Assembly: GCA_002010305.1 (NCBI GenBank)
Contig: MTND01000026.1
Span: 78,236 to 142,235, forward strand
DNA from: Archaeoglobi archaeon JdFR-42
GTDB lineage: Archaea; Halobacteriota; Archaeoglobi; Archaeoglobales; JdFR-42
Direction: 5' to 3'
Length of the DNA: 64,000 bases
Part shown: positions 21,707 to 31,468 of the stretch, piece after piece
Position numbering within the stretch: the first letter of the stretch is position 1
How the letters are laid out: every line of letters starts with the position of its first letter
Translations under genes and position numbers: made by a program
Notes under the pieces: model-generated
Told to the model about the DNA's origin: nothing
Databases searched by the model: none
What the model saw: only the letters and a program-made list of their open reading frames with translations

Positions 21707-22234
21707 ATGTTAGGGTACAAAATAACATTTTTTGATTTGGCACTCAATACCCTTCTGGACCCTTTATTGCTCGGAATAACAGCTTTGGTATATCTGACTT
21801 TGGGGGTGTGTTTTTTAAGGATTAAATCTAAAAAATCACGGCTGATAATTCTAATGTTCGTGATTCTTTTACCCTTGGGCTATACAGCACCTACTATTCT
21901 TAATACGTACTCTGGCTGGTACTGGTATGGTTATGAGCTAACAGATCATAAGCTTCACATAAAAGCCTGGCTTGTAGATGAAGTCGTGGATTTGGAAGAC
22001 ATAGAGATAATACTTACGAACTCAAGCGATTGGAAACCAACTTTAAGAAAATTCGGCTACGGATCTAGTGAAGTTAGCATGAGTTACTTTAAGCTAAAAA
22101 ACGGAGTTGAAGCCATTGTTTTCAGGCACAAAAACAGCGAGAACTTTGTGGTTATAAACACAAGTGAGGAGTATTACGTAATCATCCATCCGGAAGTAGA
22201 GGAGTTCTATAAAGAAATAAAAATGGAAAAATAG
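21707..22234 (+). CDS. Hypothetical membrane protein (two N-terminal TM helices plus a soluble C-terminal domain)
   Basis: 175-aa ORF. I did not recognise a family. Confidence 0.55.
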   Translation: MLGYKITFFDLALNTLLDPLLLGITALVYLTLGVCFLRIKSKKSRLIILMFVILLPLGYTAPTILNTYSGWYWYGYELTDHKLHIKAWLVDEVVDLEDIEIILTNSSDWKPTLRKFGYGSSEVSMSYFKLKNGVEAIVFRHKNSENFVVINTSEEYYVIIHPEVEEFYKEIKMEK

Positions 22235-22492
22235 AAGAGCGCGAGCAGGTAGAAATGTAAAGGCATTTAACTTTACTGGTGTTTTTGAGATTAATTATCT
22301 TTTTTGTGGGTTTTATGCTTTCTATACTTGCCATAAGTATTTTGACAATTCTATCAATCTTATCGCTATTTACCGGTCATTTATGATTACGCCTTCAGGC
22401 AATTACGCTAAGCAAATGCTGATAAACGAAATGTCAATATAGGTGACTATTTGATTAAGTTATTATACTCCAAAATGGGAATATATTTTATT

Positions 22493-23767
22493 TTATGATA
22501 GGTTTCCCCGAGCCCTTTCAGCTTCGAGAATCCTTTGGACTGCCACCGTATGAGCTGCCAATCTTAGAGGTATTTGTTCTTTCATCGATCGCTTATACAT
22601 GGCATGGAACATACTCCTAACAATTCCATAAAATTCACTCCTGATTTTTTCTTCATCAGGGATCGAGCCTCTAATCCCATATCTCCATTCCAGATAACTA
22701 GCAATAACTCCCCCAGCATTTGCAGATATATCCGGAATTACGTGAATTCCATTTCTCACAAGATGATCATCTGCTTCCGTTGAAATCGCTGCATTTCCAA
22801 TCTCAAGGATTATATGTGCTTTAATGTCTCTTACATTTTTTGAATTGATCTGCTTAGAGAGAGCTGCAGGTACGAGTATATCACACTCACGAGTTATGAG
22901 TTCTTCTAGATCGATAGACTTCGTTCCTGAAAATCCACGCACCGTTCCTGTTTCTTTCTTGTGCTTTACAAGTTTCCAAACATCAATCCCCTTCTCATCC
23001 CATATCCCTCCCTTGGAATCTGCCACCCCTACAACATCAACTCCTTTTTCTTTCAGGAATCTGGCACTCCAAGAACCGGCATTTCCAAATCCAATTACTA
23101 TGGCCTTTGAACCTTTCAGACTCATGGAATTTGCCATATAGAATTCCTCAAGCTGGATTGCTCCCCCCAATCCAGTAGAATACTCTCTTAGTTTGATGCC
23201 GCCAAGAGACACGGGTTTTCCTGTGATGGCCGCTGGGCATCTCTCCTTTCGTAACTTTTCAAATTCTTCCAGCATCCAGGCCATCACTCTTTCGTTTGTG
23301 TATACATCTGGTGCTGGTATATCTTTAAATGGACCGATGAACTCATAAATCTCTCGTATATATTCCCTTGTTATCAATTCCAGTTCTCTGTCACTATACT
23401 CTTTAGGATTTATCACAAGACCTCCTTTTGACCCCCCGAAGGGTATGTTTGCAAGAGCGCATTTTAAAGCCATCAGGTAGGCCAGTTCTGAAAGGTGTGT
23501 AACAGTTAAATCTGGATGATATATCATCCCTCCCTTATAGGGTCCTCTTGCATTATTGTACTGCACTCTATAACCTTGCACATATACTACTCCATTTTCA
23601 AGAGATACTGGAAAGGATACAGATATCGTTCTTTTTGGATTGCTCAGTAGTTTTCGCTCTTCATCACTCAATCCCAGATTTCGATATACTTTCATGAGAA
23701 GATCTCTTGAACAATTACAGTAGTCTTCATCAATTTGCTGAATTTCAGAATAATGTATTAGATCCAT
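22493..23767 (-). CDS. Glu/Leu/Phe/Val dehydrogenase family protein (divergent GDH paralog)
   Basis: 424 aa with 'RGPYKGGMIYHP', 'IPFGGSKGGLVINP' and the Rossmann motif 'GFGNAGS'. Confidence 0.85.
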   Translation of the reverse strand: MDLIHYSEIQQIDEDYCNCSRDLLMKVYRNLGLSDEERKLLSNPKRTISVSFPVSLENGVVYVQGYRVQYNNARGPYKGGMIYHPDLTVTHLSELAYLMALKCALANIPFGGSKGGLVINPKEYSDRELELITREYIREIYEFIGPFKDIPAPDVYTNERVMAWMLEEFEKLRKERCPAAITGKPVSLGGIKLREYSTGLGGAIQLEEFYMANSMSLKGSKAIVIGFGNAGSWSARFLKEKGVDVVGVADSKGGIWDEKGIDVWKLVKHKKETGTVRGFSGTKSIDLEELITRECDILVPAALSKQINSKNVRDIKAHIILEIGNAAISTEADDHLVRNGIHVIPDISANAGGVIASYLEWRYGIRGSIPDEEKIRSEFYGIVRSMFHAMYKRSMKEQIPLRLAAHTVAVQRILEAERARGNLS

Positions 23768-23870
23768 ACATTCACCTGTTTTATCTTTTTGTTATATGTT
23801 ATTTAAACCCAGTGATGAACTTCCTAGTTCAGTCGGTAAGTTTATGTGAGATATCCCTAATTAAGGAGAT

Positions 23871-24137
23871 GTGAAATTCGTTTCAGCACCATGCAGAACA
23901 AGTGCAGCATACGAGGTGAAACCTGATAAGAATCTCAGACTTATCCTTGATGATGTAGCGAAAAAGCTTTCAAATGAGGGATATATACCGGTAGTGGTAA
24001 CATCTCATATTGCCGTATTCAAGAAAGAGTATGAATTAACTATTTTCCCTTCAGGAAGGATACTTATCAAAAAAATTGAGGAAAAAGAGATAGCAGACAG
24101 GATAGCCAGAGAGATTTATGAGGTGTTATTAGAATGA
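23871..24137 (+). CDS. Small hypothetical protein translationally coupled to the short ThiI
   Basis: 88 aa with a GTG start. Its stop overlaps the downstream ATG as ATGA. No family was recognised. Confidence 0.5.
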   Translation: MKFVSAPCRTSAAYEVKPDKNLRLILDDVAKKLSNEGYIPVVVTSHIAVFKKEYELTIFPSGRILIKKIEEKEIADRIAREIYEVLLE

Positions 24138-24760
24138 AAGTGCTTGTCTTGATATCTGGAGGGATTGATTCTCCGGTCGCAGCGTATCTCATGATTCAAA
24201 AAGGGTTTAAAGTTGAGTATGTCCATTTTGATAACCAGCCCTTTACTGATGAAGTTCCCAGAGAAAAGGCAATCCAGCTTGCCAAACACCTTAAACAGTT
24301 CGGAGGGGGAAATACATTTTATATCATTCATCATGGATTGACGCAAACTGAAATACTTAAAAGCCTTGAACGCAAGTATACCTGCATATTTTGTCGCAGG
24401 TTTATGTACCGGATTGGAGAGAGACTAGCAGAGTTCATTGGAGCTGAGGCTCTTGTTACAGGAGAGAATCTCGGGCAAGTAGCCAGTCAGACCCTTCACA
24501 ATCTTAGAGCTGAGAGTGAAGCCATCCGAATCCCTATTATAAGACCCCTTATAGGCTTTGATAAGCAGGAGATTGTGGATCTAGCAAAAAAAATAGGCAC
24601 TTACGAGATATCCATAATTCGAAGTCTGTGCTGCACTGTCACCCCCAGATATCCAGAGACTCGAGCCATCTTGGATAAAATTAAGAGAGAAGAGGGAAAG
24701 CTGGAAATAAACGATATTATTGATTTAAGACTCAAAGAAATGGAATCACTAGATATATGA
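24134..24760 (+). CDS. thiI: ThiI-like PP-loop ATP pyrophosphatase (tRNA sulfurtransferase catalytic domain only; no THUMP domain)
   Basis: 208 aa with the PP-loop 'SGGIDSPVAA' and the ThiI-specific 'GENLGQVASQTL'. Cys residues occur at 'CIFC' and 'CC'. Confidence 0.85.
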   Translation: MKVLVLISGGIDSPVAAYLMIQKGFKVEYVHFDNQPFTDEVPREKAIQLAKHLKQFGGGNTFYIIHHGLTQTEILKSLERKYTCIFCRRFMYRIGERLAEFIGAEALVTGENLGQVASQTLHNLRAESEAIRIPIIRPLIGFDKQEIVDLAKKIGTYEISIIRSLCCTVTPRYPETRAILDKIKREEGKLEINDIIDLRLKEMESLDI

Positions 24761-24883
24761 AAGATGATGATGTTATTTTCCAATAATTGCAGTATTTATG
24801 GGAATAAAAAGGTTAAAGTAAGTTGAACCCTTATGAATTATTATTAACTTCGTTAACAATCTGTGAATTGGAGGATTTACGAT

Positions 24884-27262
24884 ATGGTGAAAGTCAGAGG
24901 ACTGCTGCTGGATGTAGATTATATAACAAAAAATGGGAAAGCCATCCTCAGACTGTGGTGTAAAAGAGAAGATGGTAATATATTCATTGTTTATGATAGC
25001 TCCTTTAAACCATATTTTTACGTGATTCCTCTTGGAGAAATCACTTCTAAAAACCTAGAGGAAGTCGAGGTTGATTTCAGAGGCCAGAAAGTCACTCCGT
25101 TAAAGGTAGAGGTAGAAAAGAGGAAGGATTCTGGTGTGTGGAGTGACGTGTACAAAATCTACGCCAGACATCCCCAGCATGTTCCGAAACTAAGAGAGTA
25201 TTACTCAAGGTTTTGCGACGTAAGAGAGGCAGATATACCTTTTGTGTTCCGATATTTGATAGATAGAGGTCTGACACCTTTAGAATGGATTGAAGTGGAT
25301 GGAGATATAGATAACAGGAAGTTTCTAGAGATTAATGCTCAAACCATTCAGAAAATTGAAGGGGATGCAGATATACCCCTGAAAGTCATGGCCTTTGATT
25401 GTGAAATGCTAAATGAATATGGTATGCCTGATCCCAAGAAATCACCTATCATCCTAATTTCCGTTAAGATGGGGGATGAGGAGATTCTACTCGAAGCTGA
25501 TGGAGATGATGACCGGAGATTGATTGAAGAGTTCCTTTCATTAATACAGGAAAAAGATCCCGATATAATTACAGGCTATAATCAGGATTCTTTTGACTGG
25601 CCATATCTGAGAGAGAGGGCGAGACTTCACAGCATTAAACTGGCAGTAGGCAGGGACGGGAGTGAACCTAGATTCACTGGAGGTATACGGAAAGTTGACC
25701 TTGTAGGGAGGTTGAACATTGATCTGTATTCCATTGTTGAAAGGGACCTTGACATAAAGCTCAAAACACTGGATAATGTCGCTGAATATTTCGGAAAAAA
25801 ACAAGGGATATCTGATATAAAGGCATCAGATATCTACTATCTCTGGACCTCTGGCGATAGGGAAGAGGTGAAACGATATTCCATTCAAGATGCCATTCAC
25901 ACCTATGAAATCGGTAAAGAGCTCCTCCCCATTCAGTATGAGCTAACAAGGATGATAGGACTCCCATTGGATGAAGTCTCCAGAATGGGAAGGGGTAGAC
26001 AGGTAGAATGGCTACTCATCAAAGAGAGTTTCAGGCTCGAGGAACTGGTACCTGCCAGAAGAGGGGATCATTCATCCTATGAAGGTGCTTTCGTCCTCGA
26101 ACCACAAAGAGAGCTTCACGAGCATGTAGTCTGTCTTGACTTTGCTTCCATGTATCCATCCATAATGGTGGCCTTCAATATCTCACCTGATACTCTGACA
26201 GAAGATTGTGATGATTGCCACGTAGCTCCCGAAGTCGGTCATAAATTCAGAAAAAGCCCTGACGGATTTTTCAAAAGAATTCTTATTAAGCTAATAAATG
26301 GAAGAAAGGAGATCAAAGAGCGTATGAAAACTCTGAGTCCATCAGATCCAGAATACAGAATGCTCGACATTAGACAACAGATACTGAAGATACTTACTAA
26401 CTCATTCTATGGTTACACAGGGTGGAGTGAGGCAAAATGGTACAGGCAGGAGTGTGCTGAAGCAACTGCTGCATGGGGCAGGGATTTCATACGTAGATCC
26501 ATGGAAGTTGCCAAGCAAAATGGTTTTTCAGTCCTCTATGGAGACACTGACAGCCTGTTCGTTAAGAAGGATGATCTGGACATGGATCGACTCATAAAAG
26601 AGGTAGAAAAGCTCATAGATAATTTAGCACCCATTTTACCCGTAAGGTTGGAGATAGATGAAGTCTATAAAACCATATTTTTTACAGATAAAAAAAGATA
26701 TGCTGGATTAACACAAGATGAGCGTATAATAGTAAAAGGCTTGGAGGTTAGACGAGGAGACTGGTGTGAACTGGCAAAACGCATACAGTCTGAAATTATA
26801 GAGATTATTCTCAAAGAGAGGAGTCCAGAGAGAGCAGCTCAGGTGGTTCAGGATGTAATTCAGAAGATAAAAAACGCGGATGTGGAGCTGGAAGATCTCG
26901 TTATATACAAGACCCTGACGAAGAAGATTTCAGAATACGATTCCATGCAGGCACATGTCAGAGCGGCAGAGAGAGCCAGGCAGATGAACCTGATATATCA
27001 TGTGGGCTCAAAAATAGGTTTTGTTGTGGTAAAGGGCCATGGAACTGTAAGTGAAAGGGCTTATCCAATAGAGATGTTTGACGAATTCAGAAATGGAATA
27101 CTAAAAGAGAAACATAGCAATCAACAGTATCGTATCGACTTAGATTACTATATAGACCATCAGATACTCCCTGTTGCTCTGAGAATCTTGGGATTTTTTG
27201 GGTATACCAAAGATAAGTTAAAGCAAAAACCAGAACAAATGACGCTGGATTTTTTCAGTTGA
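24884..27262 (+). CDS. polB: DNA polymerase, family B
   Basis: It has Exo I 'FDCEM', Pol motifs 'SMYPSI' and 'YGDTDS', and 'KKRYAG'. I chose the ATG at 24884, preceded by 'GGAGGA'. No intein is present. Confidence 0.95.
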   Translation: MVKVRGLLLDVDYITKNGKAILRLWCKREDGNIFIVYDSSFKPYFYVIPLGEITSKNLEEVEVDFRGQKVTPLKVEVEKRKDSGVWSDVYKIYARHPQHVPKLREYYSRFCDVREADIPFVFRYLIDRGLTPLEWIEVDGDIDNRKFLEINAQTIQKIEGDADIPLKVMAFDCEMLNEYGMPDPKKSPIILISVKMGDEEILLEADGDDDRRLIEEFLSLIQEKDPDIITGYNQDSFDWPYLRERARLHSIKLAVGRDGSEPRFTGGIRKVDLVGRLNIDLYSIVERDLDIKLKTLDNVAEYFGKKQGISDIKASDIYYLWTSGDREEVKRYSIQDAIHTYEIGKELLPIQYELTRMIGLPLDEVSRMGRGRQVEWLLIKESFRLEELVPARRGDHSSYEGAFVLEPQRELHEHVVCLDFASMYPSIMVAFNISPDTLTEDCDDCHVAPEVGHKFRKSPDGFFKRILIKLINGRKEIKERMKTLSPSDPEYRMLDIRQQILKILTNSFYGYTGWSEAKWYRQECAEATAAWGRDFIRRSMEVAKQNGFSVLYGDTDSLFVKKDDLDMDRLIKEVEKLIDNLAPILPVRLEIDEVYKTIFFTDKKRYAGLTQDERIIVKGLEVRRGDWCELAKRIQSEIIEIILKERSPERAAQVVQDVIQKIKNADVELEDLVIYKTLTKKISEYDSMQAHVRAAERARQMNLIYHVGSKIGFVVVKGHGTVSERAYPIEMFDEFRNGILKEKHSNQQYRIDLDYYIDHQILPVALRILGFFGYTKDKLKQKPEQMTLDFFS

Positions 27263-27266
27263 TAAA

Positions 27267-27277
27267 TTTTATTTTTT
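27267..27277 (+). terminator. Oligo-T tract after polB
   Basis: 'TTTTATTTTTT' lies 5 nt after the stop. Confidence 0.4.
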
Positions 27278-27330
27278 AAGAGGGATTTCTCATTTAAAAG
27301 AGTTAAGAGGCGTTGGATAGATCAAGAGGT

Positions 27331-27540
27331 TCAGTGAAATTTGACAAATCCAGGAGGACCATGGGCCTTTTCTTGATAGTATCTGACCTTTTCTCCTGCC
27401 TCCCTTTCATCTCTTGCTGTATCCACTTTCAGCATTCTCGAGATCTTGCTTGTATAACCACATACACACCGTTTTGTTTTTGCATCCTGCCTTGCATACA
27501 AGAATCTCCCACATTTTCTGCATCTGAGTATGAGATACAC
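27331..27540 (-). CDS. Small zinc-ribbon protein (DUF1922-like)
   Basis: 69 aa with 'CRKCGRFLYARQDAKTKRCVCG'. The antisense ORF at 27313..27546 is considered spurious. Confidence 0.55.
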   Translation of the reverse strand: MYLILRCRKCGRFLYARQDAKTKRCVCGYTSKISRMLKVDTARDEREAGEKVRYYQEKAHGPPGFVKFH

Positions 27541-27752
27541 ATTTGAATGATTTTAGCCTTGTTACAAATTCTTTTTGATTCTAATTTATAATCTCACAAT
27601 CCCCCCTTAAACCGAGAGATTAACATTATAAGTAGGTAAATAAGCGGGATTATGTCTTGCATCCGAACTCAGTCACATTCATTTTCCATGCGACTATACA
27701 TCACTCACTACAATGAACTTAGAATGAGACCGTTTTAAGAGAATTTTTAGTT

Positions 27753-29054
27753 TTATTTCTGAACCTTTTCCCATTTATACAGATCGACGATCTCTGCAAG
27801 AGTTCTTCCCCTGTTAATCTCCTCCCTTATCCTCTCCTCATGTTTTTTGACCTCGAGAGAGCGTCTGGCAATCTCATAAGCTCTTTCCTTTGGTATCACC
27901 ATAACTCCATTATCATCTCCCACAATCCAATCTCCAGGCCTGACTTCAAGCCCTCCACATATTATCTTTGTATTTATTTCTCCAAAACCCTTTGGTTCTC
28001 CTGCATTAGGCACAATACCTCTTGCAAAAATGGGAAATCCCATTTCTTCAATCTCTTCAATATCCCTCACTGGCCCATCTATTACCACACCTTCGATTCC
28101 TTTAATCATACAGCTTCTCGAAGCAAGAGCCCCCCAAGGAGTAATATTTTCCGACCCACAATAGATAACAAGTACATCACCTTTTCCTGCAACATCAATC
28201 GCTTCAACAGTTTTGGCCCAATCTCCCTCAAAGGTGTTAACTGTCACAGCTTTTCCCACCATCTTTTTTCCTTTGAGCATGGACTTTATTCCCTCCATAG
28301 CTGGTTGTCGATGCATTGCGTCAGAAATATTCGGTGTAGACACTTCCATAAATATCCTCTTTATCTCCTGTTCAATGTCTTTTTTCCGTTTTTTTATACC
28401 CAGAGATTGTCTATCAGCTGTATCAATAGCTTCTCGTACCTTTCTCGCTGATTCAGTTACTCTGGCGGACTTAACTATATTGCTGCCCACTATGACTATT
28501 CTAGCTCCAAGAGCTACACATTCAGCAGCTGTAGTCGCATCAAGGCCGCCAGCGACAGCCACTGGGATTGAAACTTCGTTTACTATTTTTTTAAGAACTT
28601 CAACCGTTTCCTTACCCACCATTTGTTGATCAATACCCACATGGACATTGATATAATCCACTCCAATATTTTCCATCTCTTTTGCCCTTGAAACAGGGTC
28701 TGGTACGTTAATTAAGTCTACCATGATCTGAGACCCATACTTCTTAGCAGCCCGGATGGCTTCTTTCAGGGTCGCATCATCAGAGAGACCAAGAACCATT
28801 ACGATATCTGCCCCTGATTTTGCAGCCATTTCAACTTCAAGAGAACCAGTATCAATGGTCTTCATATCAGCCAGAATATTTTTATCAGGGAATTTTCTTT
28901 TCAACGTCCTGATGGCATCCATCCCCTCGCTTTTTATAAGAGGAGTTCCTGCTTCGATCCAGTCTGCACCACCGATGATGGCTTCTTCTGCTATTTCAAT
29001 GGCGCGATCCAACTCTACCAGATCCAAGGCTACTTGAAGTATGGGTCTCTCCAT
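27753..29054 (-). CDS. Bifunctional 3-hexulose-6-phosphate synthase (OMPdecase-fold) / RraA-like domain protein
   Basis: 433 aa. The N-terminal 'LQVALDL...ADMKTIDTG...VHVGIDQQ' is HPS-like. The C-terminal '[24 protein letters not shown]...[15 protein letters not shown]' is RraA-like. Confidence 0.82.
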   Translation of the reverse strand: MERPILQVALDLVELDRAIEIAEEAIIGGADWIEAGTPLIKSEGMDAIRTLKRKFPDKNILADMKTIDTGSLEVEMAAKSGADIVMVLGLSDDATLKEAIRAAKKYGSQIMVDLINVPDPVSRAKEMENIGVDYINVHVGIDQQMVGKETVEVLKKIVNEVSIPVAVAGGLDATTAAECVALGARIVIVGSNIVKSARVTESARKVREAIDTADRQSLGIKKRKKDIEQEIKRIFMEVSTPNISDAMHRQPAMEGIKSMLKGKKMVGKAVTVNTFEGDWAKTVEAIDVAGKGDVLVIYCGSENITPWGALASRSCMIKGIEGVVIDGPVRDIEEIEEMGFPIFARGIVPNAGEPKGFGEINTKIICGGLEVRPGDWIVGDDNGVMVIPKERAYEIARRSLEVKKHEERIREEINRGRTLAEIVDLYKWEKVQK

Positions 29055-29063
29055 CCTACTACC

Positions 29064-29477
29064 TCACGATATCTTCTTTCCTGCATTGGGACCTGGTGTT
29101 AAATCATAGATTTCCTCAACATGTATTTTAACTGCATATTTTGGTTTTGGGAGTTTCATTGGCAAATTCTCTACAAACTTTACAATTTTCTCATAGATCT
29201 CCCCGCTATCAAGTAAGAAGGCTTTTCCCTTGAGCTGATACCCCCTGAAATTTTTGAAATCGATTATTGAAATAGCCACATTTGGATTATTTCTGATATT
29301 TTCAGTGGTTTTCCCTGAAAATATGTCTGCATATATCAGATGCTCATCATCCAGCAACTGTAAAGATCCTTTGTGAACCACATTAGGTATCCCATCAGGG
29401 GTAGAAGTGGCTATAAAGGCGGGCCTTCCTTTGATAAAATCTATCACTTCATCTCCCATTTTTACCATGTATATCAC
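29064..29477 (-). CDS. Pyridoxamine 5'-phosphate oxidase-like FMN-binding split-barrel protein
   Basis: 137 aa with 'PAFIATSTPDGIPNVVHKG...NIRNNPNVAISI'. The exact start is uncertain. Confidence 0.65.
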   Translation of the reverse strand: MIYMVKMGDEVIDFIKGRPAFIATSTPDGIPNVVHKGSLQLLDDEHLIYADIFSGKTTENIRNNPNVAISIIDFKNFRGYQLKGKAFLLDSGEIYEKIVKFVENLPMKLPKPKYAVKIHVEEIYDLTPGPNAGKKIS

Positions 29478-29586
29478 CCTTACCCAGTTGGGTGGTTTGC
29501 TATTTCTATCTTTTGCTATTTCCAGTTTCCAAGGACAGACCGTGTTTCGAAATGTATATATCTCCCACTATCTTCTGAATCCATAA

Positions 29587-31422
29587 ATGAGACTGACAAC
29601 ATTGGTTGTGCTGTGTTTGTTTATTGTAATAAGTCTTCCCTGGGTCTCTTCAGCGGATCTACTTGAGAACACCAGTAGTGTAACTGTCAAAGCCCCGGCC
29701 GTATCCGCAGGTCCTGAGCCAGAGGGTGCTGTGATCGAGATTACCGTATACGTAACTGAAGGAAAGGGAAGAGTTTTCGTAAACACCGAGCCTTTTACTC
29801 AAATAGATATGCAGGGTAGTGCACGACTGGCTGCTATTGTGGCCACAGACCTCCTTGGGATAGATTTCAATAGATTTGATTACTTCTATGTCATCAAAGC
29901 AGAAACTCCAGTTGTGGGAGGTCCATCTGCAGGAGGCGTTATGACCGTTGCTACTGTAGCTGCCATAGAAGGGTGGACCATCAACGGATCTGTGATGATG
30001 ACTGGTATGATCCTCCCTGATGGCTCAATTGGCCCCGTAGGTGGAATCCCTTACAAACTTGAAGCAGCAAAATTAGAGGGTGTAAAGCTATTTCTCGTCC
30101 CTGCTGGTCAGACACTCGTGATAAGAGAGAAAAGAGAGACAGTTGAGCGTGGTCCATTTATTTTTGTCAGGACTGTTAAGGAGCCCATAGATCTTGTAAA
30201 ATATGGAGAGGAGATGGGTATTACAGTAAAAGAGGTCTCTGATTTGAATGAAGCTGTGAAATATTACACAGGATATGCAGTAAAACAATTGATGGGAGGC
30301 AACATCTCATCTCAGACTTACACAGAAATATCAAGGACTATGGCAGATGCAATGAAGAAAGACACAAATAGACTGTTTGAACAGGCTAAGAAATATGGTT
30401 CCTTGACAGGTATTGAAGATCTCTTGAAAGTAGCGCAGGAAGAATACGACTCTGGAAATTATTATTCAGCAACAAGCACTATGCTTACTGCCCGAATTCA
30501 GATGAGACAGATTATATATTCAAATACCCTGATCGATGAGAAAGCCATTAAAGATGAGATGACCTATATTGATAAAGAAATAAACGATCTAAAAGAAGAC
30601 CTCAAAAATGAGTCTATATTAAACTTACAGGCTTTTCAACTAATTGGGACTGCAGAAACCAGACTTTATATGGCTGAGAACTATCTTCAGCAAGCAAAGG
30701 AAGCTGAGAGTTTTTCACAGGCAATTACATATCTGGCCCTTGCAAGAGAACGCCTAGAAACAGCCAAGATCTGGTTAACCCCTTATCATGAAGGAGTGAT
30801 CAGATCTTCTGGAATGGTCATATCTGAGAACAAACTTAGAGACAGGGCCAATTTTTATATTTCTCAGGCTCTATCTCTTGAAACCTATGCATCTTCTATT
30901 GGGGGGCATCAAGAATTACTTTCAATGGCTGATTCCTCTATTGAACTGGCGAGATCCATGTTTGCTGATGGCCTCTATGCTGGTGCTGTGTTATCTGCAG
31001 TGGATGGAATTGTTGATGCCAGTGTGTCCATTGAAGTCATTGGGATTTCTCAAAATCAGCTGAATGAAAAAGTGGAAAAAGCTAGGATTTCAGCAGAAAA
31101 TTCCATATCTAGACTTAAAGATATATCAGAACCTATAATTCCACTAACAGATTACGAATTCGCTAGAACATCAAAGGATCCGCTGATAAAACTAATATTT
31201 TACCGGTCGGCAGATCAGACTGCGAAAGTTCTGACGTTTATGAGCAAATCACAACCTCAGATAATGACAGAAACAGAGAAAGCTGTTAATAATGAGAGTG
31301 GAGTGCCAGCCGAAACTCCTGTACCACAAGAAAATCCAGAACTTCCTGGCTTTACTCTCTCTTATTCAATTTTATCAATTATAGTGACTCTATTTATTAT
31401 AGCCCATTACAGAAGACGCTAA
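29587..31422 (+). CDS. Secreted Lon-like (S16) serine protease with a PGF-CTERM sorting signal
   Basis: 611 aa. It has a signal peptide 'LVVLCLFIVISLPWVSSA', the Lon proteolytic motif 'GGPSAGGVMTVA' with a downstream 'YKLEAAK', a long helical region, and the C-terminal 'PELPGFTLSYSILSIIVTLFIIAHYRRR'. Confidence 0.8.
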   Translation: MRLTTLVVLCLFIVISLPWVSSADLLENTSSVTVKAPAVSAGPEPEGAVIEITVYVTEGKGRVFVNTEPFTQIDMQGSARLAAIVATDLLGIDFNRFDYFYVIKAETPVVGGPSAGGVMTVATVAAIEGWTINGSVMMTGMILPDGSIGPVGGIPYKLEAAKLEGVKLFLVPAGQTLVIREKRETVERGPFIFVRTVKEPIDLVKYGEEMGITVKEVSDLNEAVKYYTGYAVKQLMGGNISSQTYTEISRTMADAMKKDTNRLFEQAKKYGSLTGIEDLLKVAQEEYDSGNYYSATSTMLTARIQMRQIIYSNTLIDEKAIKDEMTYIDKEINDLKEDLKNESILNLQAFQLIGTAETRLYMAENYLQQAKEAESFSQAITYLALARERLETAKIWLTPYHEGVIRSSGMVISENKLRDRANFYISQALSLETYASSIGGHQELLSMADSSIELARSMFADGLYAGAVLSAVDGIVDASVSIEVIGISQNQLNEKVEKARISAENSISRLKDISEPIIPLTDYEFARTSKDPLIKLIFYRSADQTAKVLTFMSKSQPQIMTETEKAVNNESGVPAETPVPQENPELPGFTLSYSILSIIVTLFIIAHYRRR

Positions 31423-31468
31423 TTTTACAGGCATAAGGTTTTTATTTTTAACAACATACCTATAATTG

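Noticed and set aside
22315-22386. A 23-codon ATG ORF (33 codons from TTG) encoding a purely hydrophobic peptide 'MLSILAISILTILSILSLFTGHL', downstream of the 21707 gene.
   Set aside because: It is too short, has no clear ribosome-binding site, and its composition is expected by chance in T-rich DNA. It cannot be supported without comparative data.
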